The position numbers and the translations under genes are program-made. From positions 1 through 26,944 of the forward strand of contig CAYOTG010000001.1 of NCBI GenBank assembly GCA_964406825.1: a DNA stretch of 26,944 nucleotides, written 5' to 3'. The notes beneath the pieces were generated by a model, which was given only the letters and a program-made list of their open reading frames with translations, was not told the origin of the DNA and did no database searches. Shown one piece after another: positions 1 through 9,789 of this stretch (the stretch's first letter is position 1; every line of letters starts with the position of its first letter). This DNA is from an uncultured bacterium. Lineage in GTDB: Bacteria; Fidelibacterota; Marinisomatia; SCGC-AAA003-L08; D37C17.

Positions 1-1
1 C

Positions 2-2119
2 CTTGAAGGTGATGCAGATAACATCGAATTATGGTTGGATGGGAATTTATTAACAACATTAACTTCAGAACCTTTTGAATATTTATGGTCTCCTCCATCA
101 GGTTTATTCGGAGACTTAGAGCTTATTGCAAAAGCATTGTATGAGGATGAAAGACTTTCTTTTTCATTTTTAGATTTTTATTTACAATATGAAATTCAAG
201 AAGAATCTGCACCTTTAGGTTTAAACGATGGGATAAATATTAATGAAAACAATATTATATTTGCTCTTTATGCACCTGGAAAAGAATATGTTTCAATTAA
301 AGGTTCTTGGAACCAAAATTTTCCAAATGGAGAAATAATGAAAATATCAGGTGATACATTATGGTGGTATGAGACAAATTTAGAAAATGGAAATTATTCC
401 TATCAATACAATATTGATGGGATAAAAAATATTGCAGATCCTTGGTCAGAGGATGTCGAATGGAAGGACCCATTTACTGGATATGAAAGCGGAAACTTTC
501 AGCATGCTAAAACAATTTTTCAAGTTGGACAAACTGAGTATATGTGGAACGATGATGATTATAATAGACCTGAAGTAGAAGATTTGATTATATATGAATT
601 ACATATCGGAGATTTTTTAGGTATTGAAGATGAAATTGGAACATATACTAATTTGATTGATGCCATAAATGCTGGTTATTTCAATGATTTAGGAATAAAT
701 GCAATTGAACTTATGCCGATAAATGAATTTGAAGGAGATTATTCATGGGGCTACAATACTTCTTATGGCATGGCTCCTGAGAGTAGCTATGGAACGCCCT
801 CAGATTTAAAAAATCTTATAAATACTGCTCATCAACATGGTATCGCTGTTTTACTAGATGTTGTTTATAATCATCTCTGGGGTTCTTCACCACTTTTTCA
901 ATTATATCATCCTTTAGATGATTATAATTGGGATGCACATGATTTCTCTATTTGTCCATATTTTGATAATGCTCCATCAGATTGGGGCTATAAATTACAA
1001 CATTGGCATAATTTAGATGGGCGTAATTATAGAGGATGGAAATATGTAAAAGACGCGCTCATACATTGGGTAGAAAAATATCATATCGATGGTTTTAGAT
1101 TTGACTATGTTGAAGGTATTGGATGGGATGGCGATTATAATGGGTCCTCATATTATGCAAATATTTTAGATAATATAGATCCTTCATTAATATTAATAGC
1201 AGAAACTGATAATGCATATCAAATTAATAATACAGATTTTGATTCTGGCTGGGACTATAGCTATCACCATAATTTATTTGATAATATTTTAGATATTTAC
1301 TTTAATATTAATAATATCGTTAGCCATATTAATGCATATTCTCAAGGGTATAATTTTGTTACAGGACCTATTAATTATATTGAAAGTCATGATGAGAGTA
1401 GACTTATATATCAATCAACTGAATTTCAAGGTCATTCATTAGAAGATGCATATAGAAGGTCAAAAGTGGGCGCAAGCATTCTATTGACTAGTCATGGTGT
1501 CCCGATGATTTATCAAGGTCAAGAATTTGCTCAAAATAGTCCTAATAGAGACTCTGGAGGATTTCCGATCCCTCAACCATTGCAATGGTCAAATTTGGAA
1601 ACAGAATTAGGCTTAAATTTAAATGAACATTATAAGAAATTATTTTCATTGAGGACAGAGTATGATATTTTAAGTCAGCCTCCACTAGAAATGAAATATA
1701 TCAATAATATAGATAAAACATTTGTTTATTGGCGCGTTAATGATAACCAACAAGTTATTGTAGCTATTAATTTAGATACTAATCCTCATTCTATTGATTT
1801 AGAATTTCCAAATAGTGGTTCTTGGACTGAATATATAAATGATTCTCAAATTAGTATTGATTCAAATTGGTATGGAGATTTTTATCTAGAACCACTAACA
1901 TCCTATATTTTTGTACCTTCAATTGATGAACAATGTAGTTTAGGAGATATAAACCAAGATAGCCTTGTAAATATTATCGATATAGTTTCACTTGTAAACT
2001 ATATTTTATCAGGTGCAGGATTTAGCGATAATCAATTATGTGCAGCTGACCTTAATTCTGATAATGTTATCAATGTTATTGATATTGTCACTATAGTTAA
2101 TATCATCTTATCTGAGTAA
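2..2119 (+). CDS. Secreted GH13 alpha-amylase-family glucanase (Ig-like domain, CBM48-like domain, GH13 barrel, C-terminal dockerin); 5' partial
   Basis: The frame is open from base 2 (LEGDADNIELWLDGNLLTT...), so the TTG at 35 is not the true start. GH13 conserved regions are present: LDVVYNH (854-874), GFRFD (nucleophile Asp 1103-1105), IAET (Glu 1202-1204), ESHDE (Asp 1391-1393). FALYAPGKEYVSIKGSWN resembles CBM48/E-set. A duplicated dockerin motif lies at the C-terminus. Confidence 0.92.
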   Translation, partial: LEGDADNIELWLDGNLLTTLTSEPFEYLWSPPSGLFGDLELIAKALYEDERLSFSFLDFYLQYEIQEESAPLGLNDGININENNIIFALYAPGKEYVSIKGSWNQNFPNGEIMKISGDTLWWYETNLENGNYSYQYNIDGIKNIADPWSEDVEWKDPFTGYESGNFQHAKTIFQVGQTEYMWNDDDYNRPEVEDLIIYELHIGDFLGIEDEIGTYTNLIDAINAGYFNDLGINAIELMPINEFEGDYSWGYNTSYGMAPESSYGTPSDLKNLINTAHQHGIAVLLDVVYNHLWGSSPLFQLYHPLDDYNWDAHDFSICPYFDNAPSDWGYKLQHWHNLDGRNYRGWKYVKDALIHWVEKYHIDGFRFDYVEGIGWDGDYNGSSYYANILDNIDPSLILIAETDNAYQINNTDFDSGWDYSYHHNLFDNILDIYFNINNIVSHINAYSQGYNFVTGPINYIESHDESRLIYQSTEFQGHSLEDAYRRSKVGASILLTSHGVPMIYQGQEFAQNSPNRDSGGFPIPQPLQWSNLETELGLNLNEHYKKLFSLRTEYDILSQPPLEMKYINNIDKTFVYWRVNDNQQVIVAINLDTNPHSIDLEFPNSGSWTEYINDSQISIDSNWYGDFYLEPLTSYIFVPSIDEQCSLGDINQDSLVNIIDIVSLVNYILSGAGFSDNQLCAADLNSDNVINVIDIVTIVNIILSE
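1934..2116 (+). other. Dockerin-like domain 1 (two Ca-binding loop-helix repeats)
   Basis: C-SLGDINQDSLVNIIDIVSLVNYIL ... C-AADLNSDNVINVIDIVTIVNIIL. Confidence 0.85.
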
Positions 2120-2143
2120 TTATTATTAGTAATAATTGAATAT

Positions 2144-5017
2144 ATGTATAAAAATTTTTTAATTATAATTTTGTTTATACCACTTTTTGCTGGTACTACA
2201 GGTAAAATTAGAGGGAGAGTAATAGATTCATTATCTAAAGAACCCGTGCCCGGATGTGTAATTCATTTGGGGAAAACTGATTATGGAACATTAGTTGATA
2301 ATAATGGAGATTATTTTATTTTAAATATTTCTCCAGGAATATATACCCTCCATGCTACAATGATGGGATATAATGAGTATGTAATCCAAAATATTGAAGT
2401 TAATATTGATTTAACATTAACAATTAATATAGATCTTAAAGAATCTTTTATAGAATTACAAAGCGTAATTGTCCAAGCTTCACCTAAACTTATTAATAAA
2501 AATTTAACATCTACAACAGCTATTATAACTGATGAGGCTATATCAAGATTACCTGTTAATGAGATTTCAGAAATTTTAAATTTACAAGCAGGGTTTATAG
2601 ATGGGCATTTGCGAGGAGGTAGAACTGGTGAAGTTGCATATTGGGTTGATGGTATGCCTGTAACAGATAGCTATGATGGTAGTAGTATTATAGATGTTAA
2701 TAAGGATACAGTAAAAGAAATGCAATTAATTTCAGGATCTTTTAATGCTGAATATGGGCAGGCAATGAGTGGTGTCGTTAATATTATAACAGATGAAGGT
2801 TCAAATAATTTTGGTGGGAATATGGATGTTTATATAGGAGATTATATTAGTAGACATAATGATAAATTTAGGAACATAGACAATATCGATTTCATCAATA
2901 GTACAAGAAATCAAAACTTTAGTATTTATGGCAGTATTATAAGAGATAAATTATTTTATTATATTAGTGGTAGGCATGTATACTACCAGGGTGTGCATGA
3001 AGGCATAAGGGAATATACTCCTCAATCTTATGGTTATCAGCTAGAAGATTTAGTAACTGAGAGTGAATATTGGCATGTTTTAGGTAGTAATTATGATAGC
3101 GATGTATATGTTAATAACATAGAATGTGGAGGCCCCCTTAATTGTGGAGATGATAGTCAAAATTATTTAAATAATCTTTTAACTTCTCACACCACACCAA
3201 ATCCTATTGGGGATAATAAGTTTATTCCAATGGATTGGAATTTAAAAAAATATGGTCAATTCAATTTAATATTTAAACCATTTAGTAATATGAAAATTAA
3301 GTATTCTCATTTTACAGACAATGTTGCATTCCAAGAATATGATCGTTATTATCAGCTTAATCCTGATGGTAATTTATCAAAGTATAGATTAGGGCAAACT
3401 AACATGCTTCAGATTAATAATATTATTAATAAAAATTCTTATTTTTCATTGGGGATTATTCAATATAAAAAGAAGTATCAACATTTCTCATTTAATAATC
3501 TTACAGATTATGTTCATAGTGATTTGAATAATCAAAATACTCCAGCATATAGTTATTCTGTAGGAGGTGTCAATCAGAATAGATTTAGCAGAGAAACAAT
3601 TTCTAGTACATTTAAACTAGATTATGTGAATCAAATTAATAGTTTACATCAATTAAAAACAGGGATTGAGTATAGGGAACATGCTATATCATATGAAGAT
3701 ATTAATTTACAGTATTATGTTGATGGTGGTTTTAATCCAATTTATAATGACCCATTTGTTACTCCCTTTATTGATGATATATCTTCAATTAATACAAGTA
3801 TTTATGATTTTGACCCTTATGAATTTAGTTTATATTTTCAAGATAAAATTGAAATGGATGAAATGATTATTAATATAGGTTTTCGTTATGATTATTTTAA
3901 TCCAAAAGGGCGATTACTTTCAGACCCATCAGATCCATTTATTTATGATCCAATTAAGCCAGAACATATATATGATTGCAGTAATTTTGATGGTTATTGT
4001 GGTGACAATGAAGCACTCCAGTCATTGGATGATAGATTAGAATATTGGTATAAATCTACACATTCCAAATTCATGTTAAGTCCACGTCTTGGAATGTCCT
4101 TCCCGCTTTCAGATCAGGGTGTAATTCATTTTTCATATGGACATTTTTTTCAAATTCCAAAATTTGAACTTTTATATTATAATGCAGATATTGCTCTTGA
4201 TAGAGGTGGTACAGGTAATATTGGCGTGATTGGGAATCCTGACTTAGAACCTGAAAAAACAGTTAGTTATGAAATTGGAACCCAATATATGCTAGATGCT
4301 AATAGTGCTATTGATATGACCCTATATTTTAGAGATATAAGAGATTTAACAGGTACCAGAACAGATTTTATTTATACATTTAATGGAGCTACATATAGTC
4401 AATATACTAACTCTGATTTTGCATATGTTAAAGGTTTAGTGATGTCATATAAGAAAAATTTTAATAATGGTTTTTCAATAACTTTTGATTACACCCTCCA
4501 AGAAGTAAAGGGCACTGCATCTGATCCTTTTGATGCATACAATGCATCAATTGCTAATGAATACCCAGAAGTACATCTTATTTATCTTGATTGGGACCAA
4601 CGACATACAATTAATACTACCCTATATTATAATACTGAATATTATGGTATTGGTATTATTAGTAAAATAGGTTCAGGCCAACCATATACCCCCTTAGTAA
4701 ATTCCAATTTTTCAAATTTGATTAATAATTCTAAATTTAAACCTATGACATTTAATATTGATTTAAAAGGAACTTTGAAATTTAAAAAAATTAATAAATT
4801 AATGATGTATTTTAATATCTATAATTTATTTGATAACCTCAATCATTTAAATGTCTATAATGATACGGGTAGGGCAGATAGAACATACTACCTAAATGAA
4901 GCTTTAAGTCAAAATACAAGTCAAATAATTAATTCTGTTTATGATTGGTTTAATAATGAAACATTTTATTCATCACCTAGAAGACTGGAAATAGGATTTA
5001 GATATGAATTTGATTAA
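2144..5017 (+). CDS. TonB-dependent receptor with N-terminal carboxypeptidase-regulatory-like domain (not SusC type), 957 aa
   Basis: Signal peptide, then TTGKIRGRVID (CarboxypepD_reg-like). Plug motifs LRGGRTGEVAYWVDGMPV and SGSFNAEYGQAMSGVVNIIT. Barrel motifs GFRYDYFNP, FSYGHFFQIP, GNPDLEPEKT. C-terminal strand RRLEIGFRYEF. Confidence 0.93.
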   Translation: MYKNFLIIILFIPLFAGTTGKIRGRVIDSLSKEPVPGCVIHLGKTDYGTLVDNNGDYFILNISPGIYTLHATMMGYNEYVIQNIEVNIDLTLTINIDLKESFIELQSVIVQASPKLINKNLTSTTAIITDEAISRLPVNEISEILNLQAGFIDGHLRGGRTGEVAYWVDGMPVTDSYDGSSIIDVNKDTVKEMQLISGSFNAEYGQAMSGVVNIITDEGSNNFGGNMDVYIGDYISRHNDKFRNIDNIDFINSTRNQNFSIYGSIIRDKLFYYISGRHVYYQGVHEGIREYTPQSYGYQLEDLVTESEYWHVLGSNYDSDVYVNNIECGGPLNCGDDSQNYLNNLLTSHTTPNPIGDNKFIPMDWNLKKYGQFNLIFKPFSNMKIKYSHFTDNVAFQEYDRYYQLNPDGNLSKYRLGQTNMLQINNIINKNSYFSLGIIQYKKKYQHFSFNNLTDYVHSDLNNQNTPAYSYSVGGVNQNRFSRETISSTFKLDYVNQINSLHQLKTGIEYREHAISYEDINLQYYVDGGFNPIYNDPFVTPFIDDISSINTSIYDFDPYEFSLYFQDKIEMDEMIINIGFRYDYFNPKGRLLSDPSDPFIYDPIKPEHIYDCSNFDGYCGDNEALQSLDDRLEYWYKSTHSKFMLSPRLGMSFPLSDQGVIHFSYGHFFQIPKFELLYYNADIALDRGGTGNIGVIGNPDLEPEKTVSYEIGTQYMLDANSAIDMTLYFRDIRDLTGTRTDFIYTFNGATYSQYTNSDFAYVKGLVMSYKKNFNNGFSITFDYTLQEVKGTASDPFDAYNASIANEYPEVHLIYLDWDQRHTINTTLYYNTEYYGIGIISKIGSGQPYTPLVNSNFSNLINNSKFKPMTFNIDLKGTLKFKKINKLMMYFNIYNLFDNLNHLNVYNDTGRADRTYYLNEALSQNTSQIINSVYDWFNNETFYSSPRRLEIGFRYEFD

Positions 5018-8000
5018 AATTAAAAAATCTATTTTTCTATTGTTATTAAGTATTGTCTTATCACAAGATGAGTCCGGTGATATTTATAGAAGATATGGAA
5101 TTCATAATGGAAACCTTGTAAAAACTGTTTATAGTAATTGGGGGGTTGTAGGTCAACCTGGAGATAAAGGACCTAGAGGAGCTTGGATAAATGATAATAA
5201 TGGTTATATTGGGGATGATAGTGTACTTGTTGGGGCTCAGGTAGAAATTCAAGATGAACAAGGTGATAATATTGTTTTTCATTCAGTTGTAACATGCCCA
5301 GTTGATAGGCCATCATCTACTGGACCAGAGCAATCTTCATCAGGGTTACGTTGGGGGTTTGAACCTATTGCAGGCTATCTTAATCCATCACAGCTATATG
5401 TTGCAACCAGCACTAATCCAGATACTTGGCCTAATATATGGCCTGATGAAAATTGCAATTGGAGTGATGATTGGTGTGGATATTTTGGAAAGGATACTCA
5501 ATATATCCAACAAGAAAGTTTTTATGTTATGAATGATAATAATGATCATGAATTTAATTATTCAGATAAAAATGAGTGGGGAGTCTCATTCAAACCTTCT
5601 CCGATATCTAATCCATCTATGAATGGATTAGGATTGGAAGTCAAAGTCAGAGGGATGCAATGGCAACAAGTTCTAGCGCAAGATTGTATATTTTTTCTTT
5701 ATGAAATTAAAAACACAAGTGAAACAGAATACAAAAAAGTAGTTTTGGGTGAATTAGTTGGGACCTATATTGGGAGTGTAGAAGTTGAGGCTGATGATGA
5801 CTGGTCTTTTTTTGATGTTAATTCAGATCTTACTTATACTGGAGATTTTGATAATAACTGCTCAGATAATAATCCTAATTGGGCAGGAGATGTAGGTATG
5901 GTTGGTTATGCTTTTCTTGAAAGTCCAGGCAATCCTTATGATGGAATTGATAATGATGGAGATTTTGGAATAAGCAGCTCAATGTTTAATGAAGAATCTT
6001 TTATTAATAGGATAGTAAATGTTGGGGATGATGTTATCATTATTGATGATGATTATAATAGAATAAAAATTCAGGTTAATCAAGATACTACTTTAACATC
6101 TCAGGGACGAGAAATCTCAGTTATTATAGGAGAATCTATTTTTAATGAAGGGAACGAAATAGATGGCTCTATTAATCCTAATGCATTTAATGGTTTAGAT
6201 GATGATTTAGATGGGTTAATAGATGAAAATTATTATCTTCATTATCGTCAAGTTAGAAAATTTTATAATGAAGAAACAGGCCAAGAAGAAATCCTCTTTG
6301 ATTTACTTAATCCAAAGGCATATGTAAACTATTTTGATTATCAAAATAATAGCAATGGATTTATAGATGAAGATTTATCTGATTTGATTGATGAAAGGCG
6401 TGATGATGGAATAGATAATGATGGTGATTGGGTTATCAGTGTTCATGATGTTGGATCTGATGGTATTAGTAATACTTTTGATTCAGATGGAACTGAAGGT
6501 AATGGTATCCCAGATGCAGGTGAACCTAATTTTGACCAAACAGATCCAGATGAATCTGATCAAATAGGTCTGACAAGTTTTGACTATTTTGTTCCAGCTT
6601 CTTCTTATCCAATGAGCGATGATGAAGCACTTTGGGAGAAACTTTCTCCTGGTTTTTTTGATGTTCCTGAATCAATTAATAACGCGGAACCTACTTCTGG
6701 TGAAGATGGAGATTTTATTTTTGGTTCAGGCTATTTTCCTCTCTTGCCTGGACAAACCGAACGTTTTTCAATAGCTCTTATTTATGGAGAAAGTAAATTC
6801 GACCTTGATAGAAATAAAGATGTAGTACAAGAAATCTATGATAATGATTATCAATTTCCTCCACCACCAGCAAAACCTAATGTTACAATTGTTCCAGGAA
6901 ATTCAGAAGTAACCCTATATTGGGATAGAGTAGCTGAAACAACAATGGATCCTGTTTTATTAGATTATGATTTTCAGGGTTATAAAATTTATCGAGCAAC
7001 AGACCCTGATTTTAATGATGTCCGGAATATTACAAATGCATATGGTATAGTTGAAAATTATTCTCCCATTACTCAGTTTGATTTAATTGATGAAATTGAT
7101 TCTTTATTTTACCCTAGCTATGAGATTTTTCAACAATCTGGTGGACTTTCCTTTTACCTTGGAAACAATACTGGCTTAGTCCATAGCTACATAGATTCTA
7201 ATTTAATTAATGGTAGAACTTATTATTATGCAGTTACTGCATATGATGAAGGAGATCCCAATCATACATACCCTTCAGAAAATACAAAATATATAACGGT
7301 ATTACCATCCGGAGAAATTATTACAGATAAAAATACAGGCTATGCAACACCAACTTCTTTTGTGCAAGGATTCCAAATTGATGATATTCAAATTGAAAAT
7401 GTGGGATTAGATATTGGAACAGGTATTATTAATTGTGATATTATCAATAATGAAGATGTTATAGGGCATGAATATGTGATTGAGTTCTGGGATTCTTCAA
7501 ATGATTTGATAGATAATGATTTAGATGGAAATATTGATAATAATATAGATGAAATTATACCTACCACAACTTTTTATAGTGTCCAAGATTTAAATGATAT
7601 AGTTATTAATTTTGAATTGAATTTATATGATACAACATTCTATAGTTTTGAGAAAAGAAATATTATTCAGGACTCTTTTGAGCTTAGATATTCAAATAAC
7701 CAGATTGTATCTTCTGAGCTTTATGAAATTAATTTTGTAAATGGTGAAATTAAAGTTGATCAAGAAGAATTGCCAAATGATTTTCAAGCTATTTTTAATT
7801 ATTATCCTATCTATAAAAGTCCTTATATACAGGGAGCACAATGGAACGGGGATTTAATTAATAATGATAATGGAGACAGTTATGATGATTATGATGGTAG
7901 TTCTTTATGGATTGAAGAAGTTATAGATGCAGAAGTTTTTGATGGCATGACAATACAATTTAATAATGATTGGAATATCGAATTTGATAGTCTCCAATGG

Positions 8001-8795
8001 ATTAAAGATGGCATGCCTCTTGCTAATAATGATATTGATTTTGTTCTGGATGTTTCTGTTGATACTTTAAGTTTCACAGGATTTGAATCATTTGTTTCTC
8101 CAAATGATTATATGATTGTATTTAATGATAATCCAGAATGGAATAAAGAATTCAATTGTTTATTAACAAATTTTAAGATATATGATATTACAAATAATTA
8201 TGAACTTGATTATTATTTTCAAGGTAATCAGCAAAATAATGAAATTGATGATTTAGATAGGATAGCTATTCTTGAAAACTATACTGATAATGAGAACCTT
8301 TATACTTGGAATATTGGTTTTTCTTATTTCCCAAGCCAACAGGTTACTGAACCAATCTTAGAATTTGGAAGTGGTGATACGCTTTATATTTATACAAAAA
8401 AACCATTTAGAAATGGTGATGAATATTTGTTGACATCATATGCTCCTGAAGCTAGTTCCTCATATGAAAATATTAATTTATCAAATATTAAAGTTGTTCC
8501 TAATCCTTATATAGCCGCAACAGCAATTGAGTCTGCTTTACCTCCTGGTATTTCAAGTGGAAGAGGTGAAAGAAAGGTTGAATTTCAGAATGTCCCTAAT
8601 GATGCAATTATAAAAATATATAATATTAGAGGTCAACATATTAGAACATTAAAACATGATGGAAATATTTTTGATGGATCAATAAGCTGGAATCTTAGAA
8701 CAACCGAAAATATGGATATCGCTTATGGTGTCTATTTGTATGTTGTTCAATCTTTAGTTGGTAGTAAAAAAGGGAAAATAGCAATTATTAAATGA
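5004..8795 (+). CDS. Large secreted acidic protein with DxDxDG Ca-binding repeats, FN3-like domain and T9SS-type-A/FlgD-like C-terminal domain; function unknown, 1263 aa
   Basis: Signal peptide (...FLLLLSIVLS-Q). Acidic repeats DGIDNDGD, NGLDDDLDGLIDE, DDGIDNDGDW. FN3-like PPAKPNVTIVPGNSEVTLYWD...GYKIYR...NGRTYYYAVTAYD. CTD-like IKVVPNPY...IKIYNIRGQHIRTL...WNL...GVYLYVV...GKIAIIK. Overlaps the receptor by 14 nt. Confidence 0.85.
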   Translation: MNLIKIKKSIFLLLLSIVLSQDESGDIYRRYGIHNGNLVKTVYSNWGVVGQPGDKGPRGAWINDNNGYIGDDSVLVGAQVEIQDEQGDNIVFHSVVTCPVDRPSSTGPEQSSSGLRWGFEPIAGYLNPSQLYVATSTNPDTWPNIWPDENCNWSDDWCGYFGKDTQYIQQESFYVMNDNNDHEFNYSDKNEWGVSFKPSPISNPSMNGLGLEVKVRGMQWQQVLAQDCIFFLYEIKNTSETEYKKVVLGELVGTYIGSVEVEADDDWSFFDVNSDLTYTGDFDNNCSDNNPNWAGDVGMVGYAFLESPGNPYDGIDNDGDFGISSSMFNEESFINRIVNVGDDVIIIDDDYNRIKIQVNQDTTLTSQGREISVIIGESIFNEGNEIDGSINPNAFNGLDDDLDGLIDENYYLHYRQVRKFYNEETGQEEILFDLLNPKAYVNYFDYQNNSNGFIDEDLSDLIDERRDDGIDNDGDWVISVHDVGSDGISNTFDSDGTEGNGIPDAGEPNFDQTDPDESDQIGLTSFDYFVPASSYPMSDDEALWEKLSPGFFDVPESINNAEPTSGEDGDFIFGSGYFPLLPGQTERFSIALIYGESKFDLDRNKDVVQEIYDNDYQFPPPPAKPNVTIVPGNSEVTLYWDRVAETTMDPVLLDYDFQGYKIYRATDPDFNDVRNITNAYGIVENYSPITQFDLIDEIDSLFYPSYEIFQQSGGLSFYLGNNTGLVHSYIDSNLINGRTYYYAVTAYDEGDPNHTYPSENTKYITVLPSGEIITDKNTGYATPTSFVQGFQIDDIQIENVGLDIGTGIINCDIINNEDVIGHEYVIEFWDSSNDLIDNDLDGNIDNNIDEIIPTTTFYSVQDLNDIVINFELNLYDTTFYSFEKRNIIQDSFELRYSNNQIVSSELYEINFVNGEIKVDQEELPNDFQAIFNYYPIYKSPYIQGAQWNGDLINNDNGDSYDDYDGSSLWIEEVIDAEVFDGMTIQFNNDWNIEFDSLQWIKDGMPLANNDIDFVLDVSVDTLSFTGFESFVSPNDYMIVFNDNPEWNKEFNCLLTNFKIYDITNNYELDYYFQGNQQNNEIDDLDRIAILENYTDNENLYTWNIGFSYFPSQQVTEPILEFGSGDTLYIYTKKPFRNGDEYLLTSYAPEASSSYENINLSNIKVVPNPYIAATAIESALPPGISSGRGERKVEFQNVPNDAIIKIYNIRGQHIRTLKHDGNIFDGSISWNLRTTENMDIAYGVYLYVVQSLVGSKKGKIAIIK

Positions 8796-9787
8796 TGAAG
8801 ATTATATATATATTATTTTTTTCTATATTTTTTGCATCGCAGTCTAATGTAGGGACCACTGCTGCACAATTTTTAGGTATAGGCGTTGGAGCAAGAGCCA
8901 TGGCTATGGGAGGAGCATTTACATCGATGGTTGGAGAGCCTAGCTCAATGTATTGGAACCCTGGTTCTATCTCTAATATAGAAAATAATCAGGTAGAAAT
9001 TTTGAATACAAATTGGTTGATTGATACTCAGTGGCATTATCTTGGCTACATTAATAAAATCAATCATAGAAGTGCAATGGGTGTAAATTTATTTTATCTT
9101 GATTATGGGGAAGAAGAAATTACTACAATCTATGAACAAGGAGGAACTGGTAATTATTGGTCCGCTTATGATTTGTCTTTAGGATTATATTATGGAATGG
9201 ATTTGACTAATAAATTTTCATTTGGTGGTGGTGCAAAATATATTAAACAATCAATTTATAATGAAACAGCTTCTACTATTGCAATTGATGTTGGATTATT
9301 ATATCAAAATTATACCAATAATTATAGAATTGGCATGAGTATTTCTAACGTTGGACTTAATATGATTCTTAAAGGCAATGACTTATATTTTAATTGTGAT
9401 CCAGATCCAGATAACCTAGGAAATAATGATAATATCCCATGTGTTTTAGAAACGGGAGAATACCCGCTGCCTATTTTTTATAGAATAGGTTTTTCTAAAG
9501 ATTTTAATATTAATGATAATTTATTGTTTACAACTTCTTCTGATTGGGTTATCCCAAGCGATGATGTTGAACATTTAAATATTGGTTTTGAATTTAATTA
9601 TTCTGATAAAGGTTATTTGCGATTTGGTTATAGGCAATTAGGGAAACAAGATACTGAAGAAGGGTTAACTTTTGGTATAGGGGGAAAATGGAATATTTAT
9701 GGAAGAAATTTAAATATTAATTACAATTATCATGATTTTGGAATTTTTGGTTATGTCCAGTATTTTGAATTTATTTTTAATTTATAG
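8792..9787 (+). CDS. PorV/PorQ-family outer-membrane beta-barrel, 331 aa
   Basis: Signal peptide. Family motifs GTTAAQFLGIGVGARAMAMGGAF and SMYWNP. Alternating beta-strand pattern ending YFEFIFNL. ATGA overlap with the upstream gene. Confidence 0.85.
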   Translation: MMKIIYILFFSIFFASQSNVGTTAAQFLGIGVGARAMAMGGAFTSMVGEPSSMYWNPGSISNIENNQVEILNTNWLIDTQWHYLGYINKINHRSAMGVNLFYLDYGEEEITTIYEQGGTGNYWSAYDLSLGLYYGMDLTNKFSFGGGAKYIKQSIYNETASTIAIDVGLLYQNYTNNYRIGMSISNVGLNMILKGNDLYFNCDPDPDNLGNNDNIPCVLETGEYPLPIFYRIGFSKDFNINDNLLFTTSSDWVIPSDDVEHLNIGFEFNYSDKGYLRFGYRQLGKQDTEEGLTFGIGGKWNIYGRNLNINYNYHDFGIFGYVQYFEFIFNL

Positions 9788-9789
9788 TT

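Noticed and set aside
35-37. ORF-track TTG start for the GH13
   Set aside because: The frame is open to base 2 and there is no signal peptide or RBS; the gene begins upstream of the window.
2118-2137. Inverted repeat AATTATTA-TTAG-TAATAATT after the GH13 stop
   Set aside because: The stem is AT-only with no U-tract, too weak for a terminator and likely by chance.
2144-5017. Calling the receptors SusC and the locus a classical PUL
   Set aside because: The plug motif (FNAEYG.AMSGVVN) is not the SusC signature and there is no adjacent SusD.
5940-6560. Acidic DxDxDG repeats as a CRISPR or DNA-level repeat
   Set aside because: They are protein-level motifs with divergent codons and irregular spacing; there is no repeat-spacer structure.
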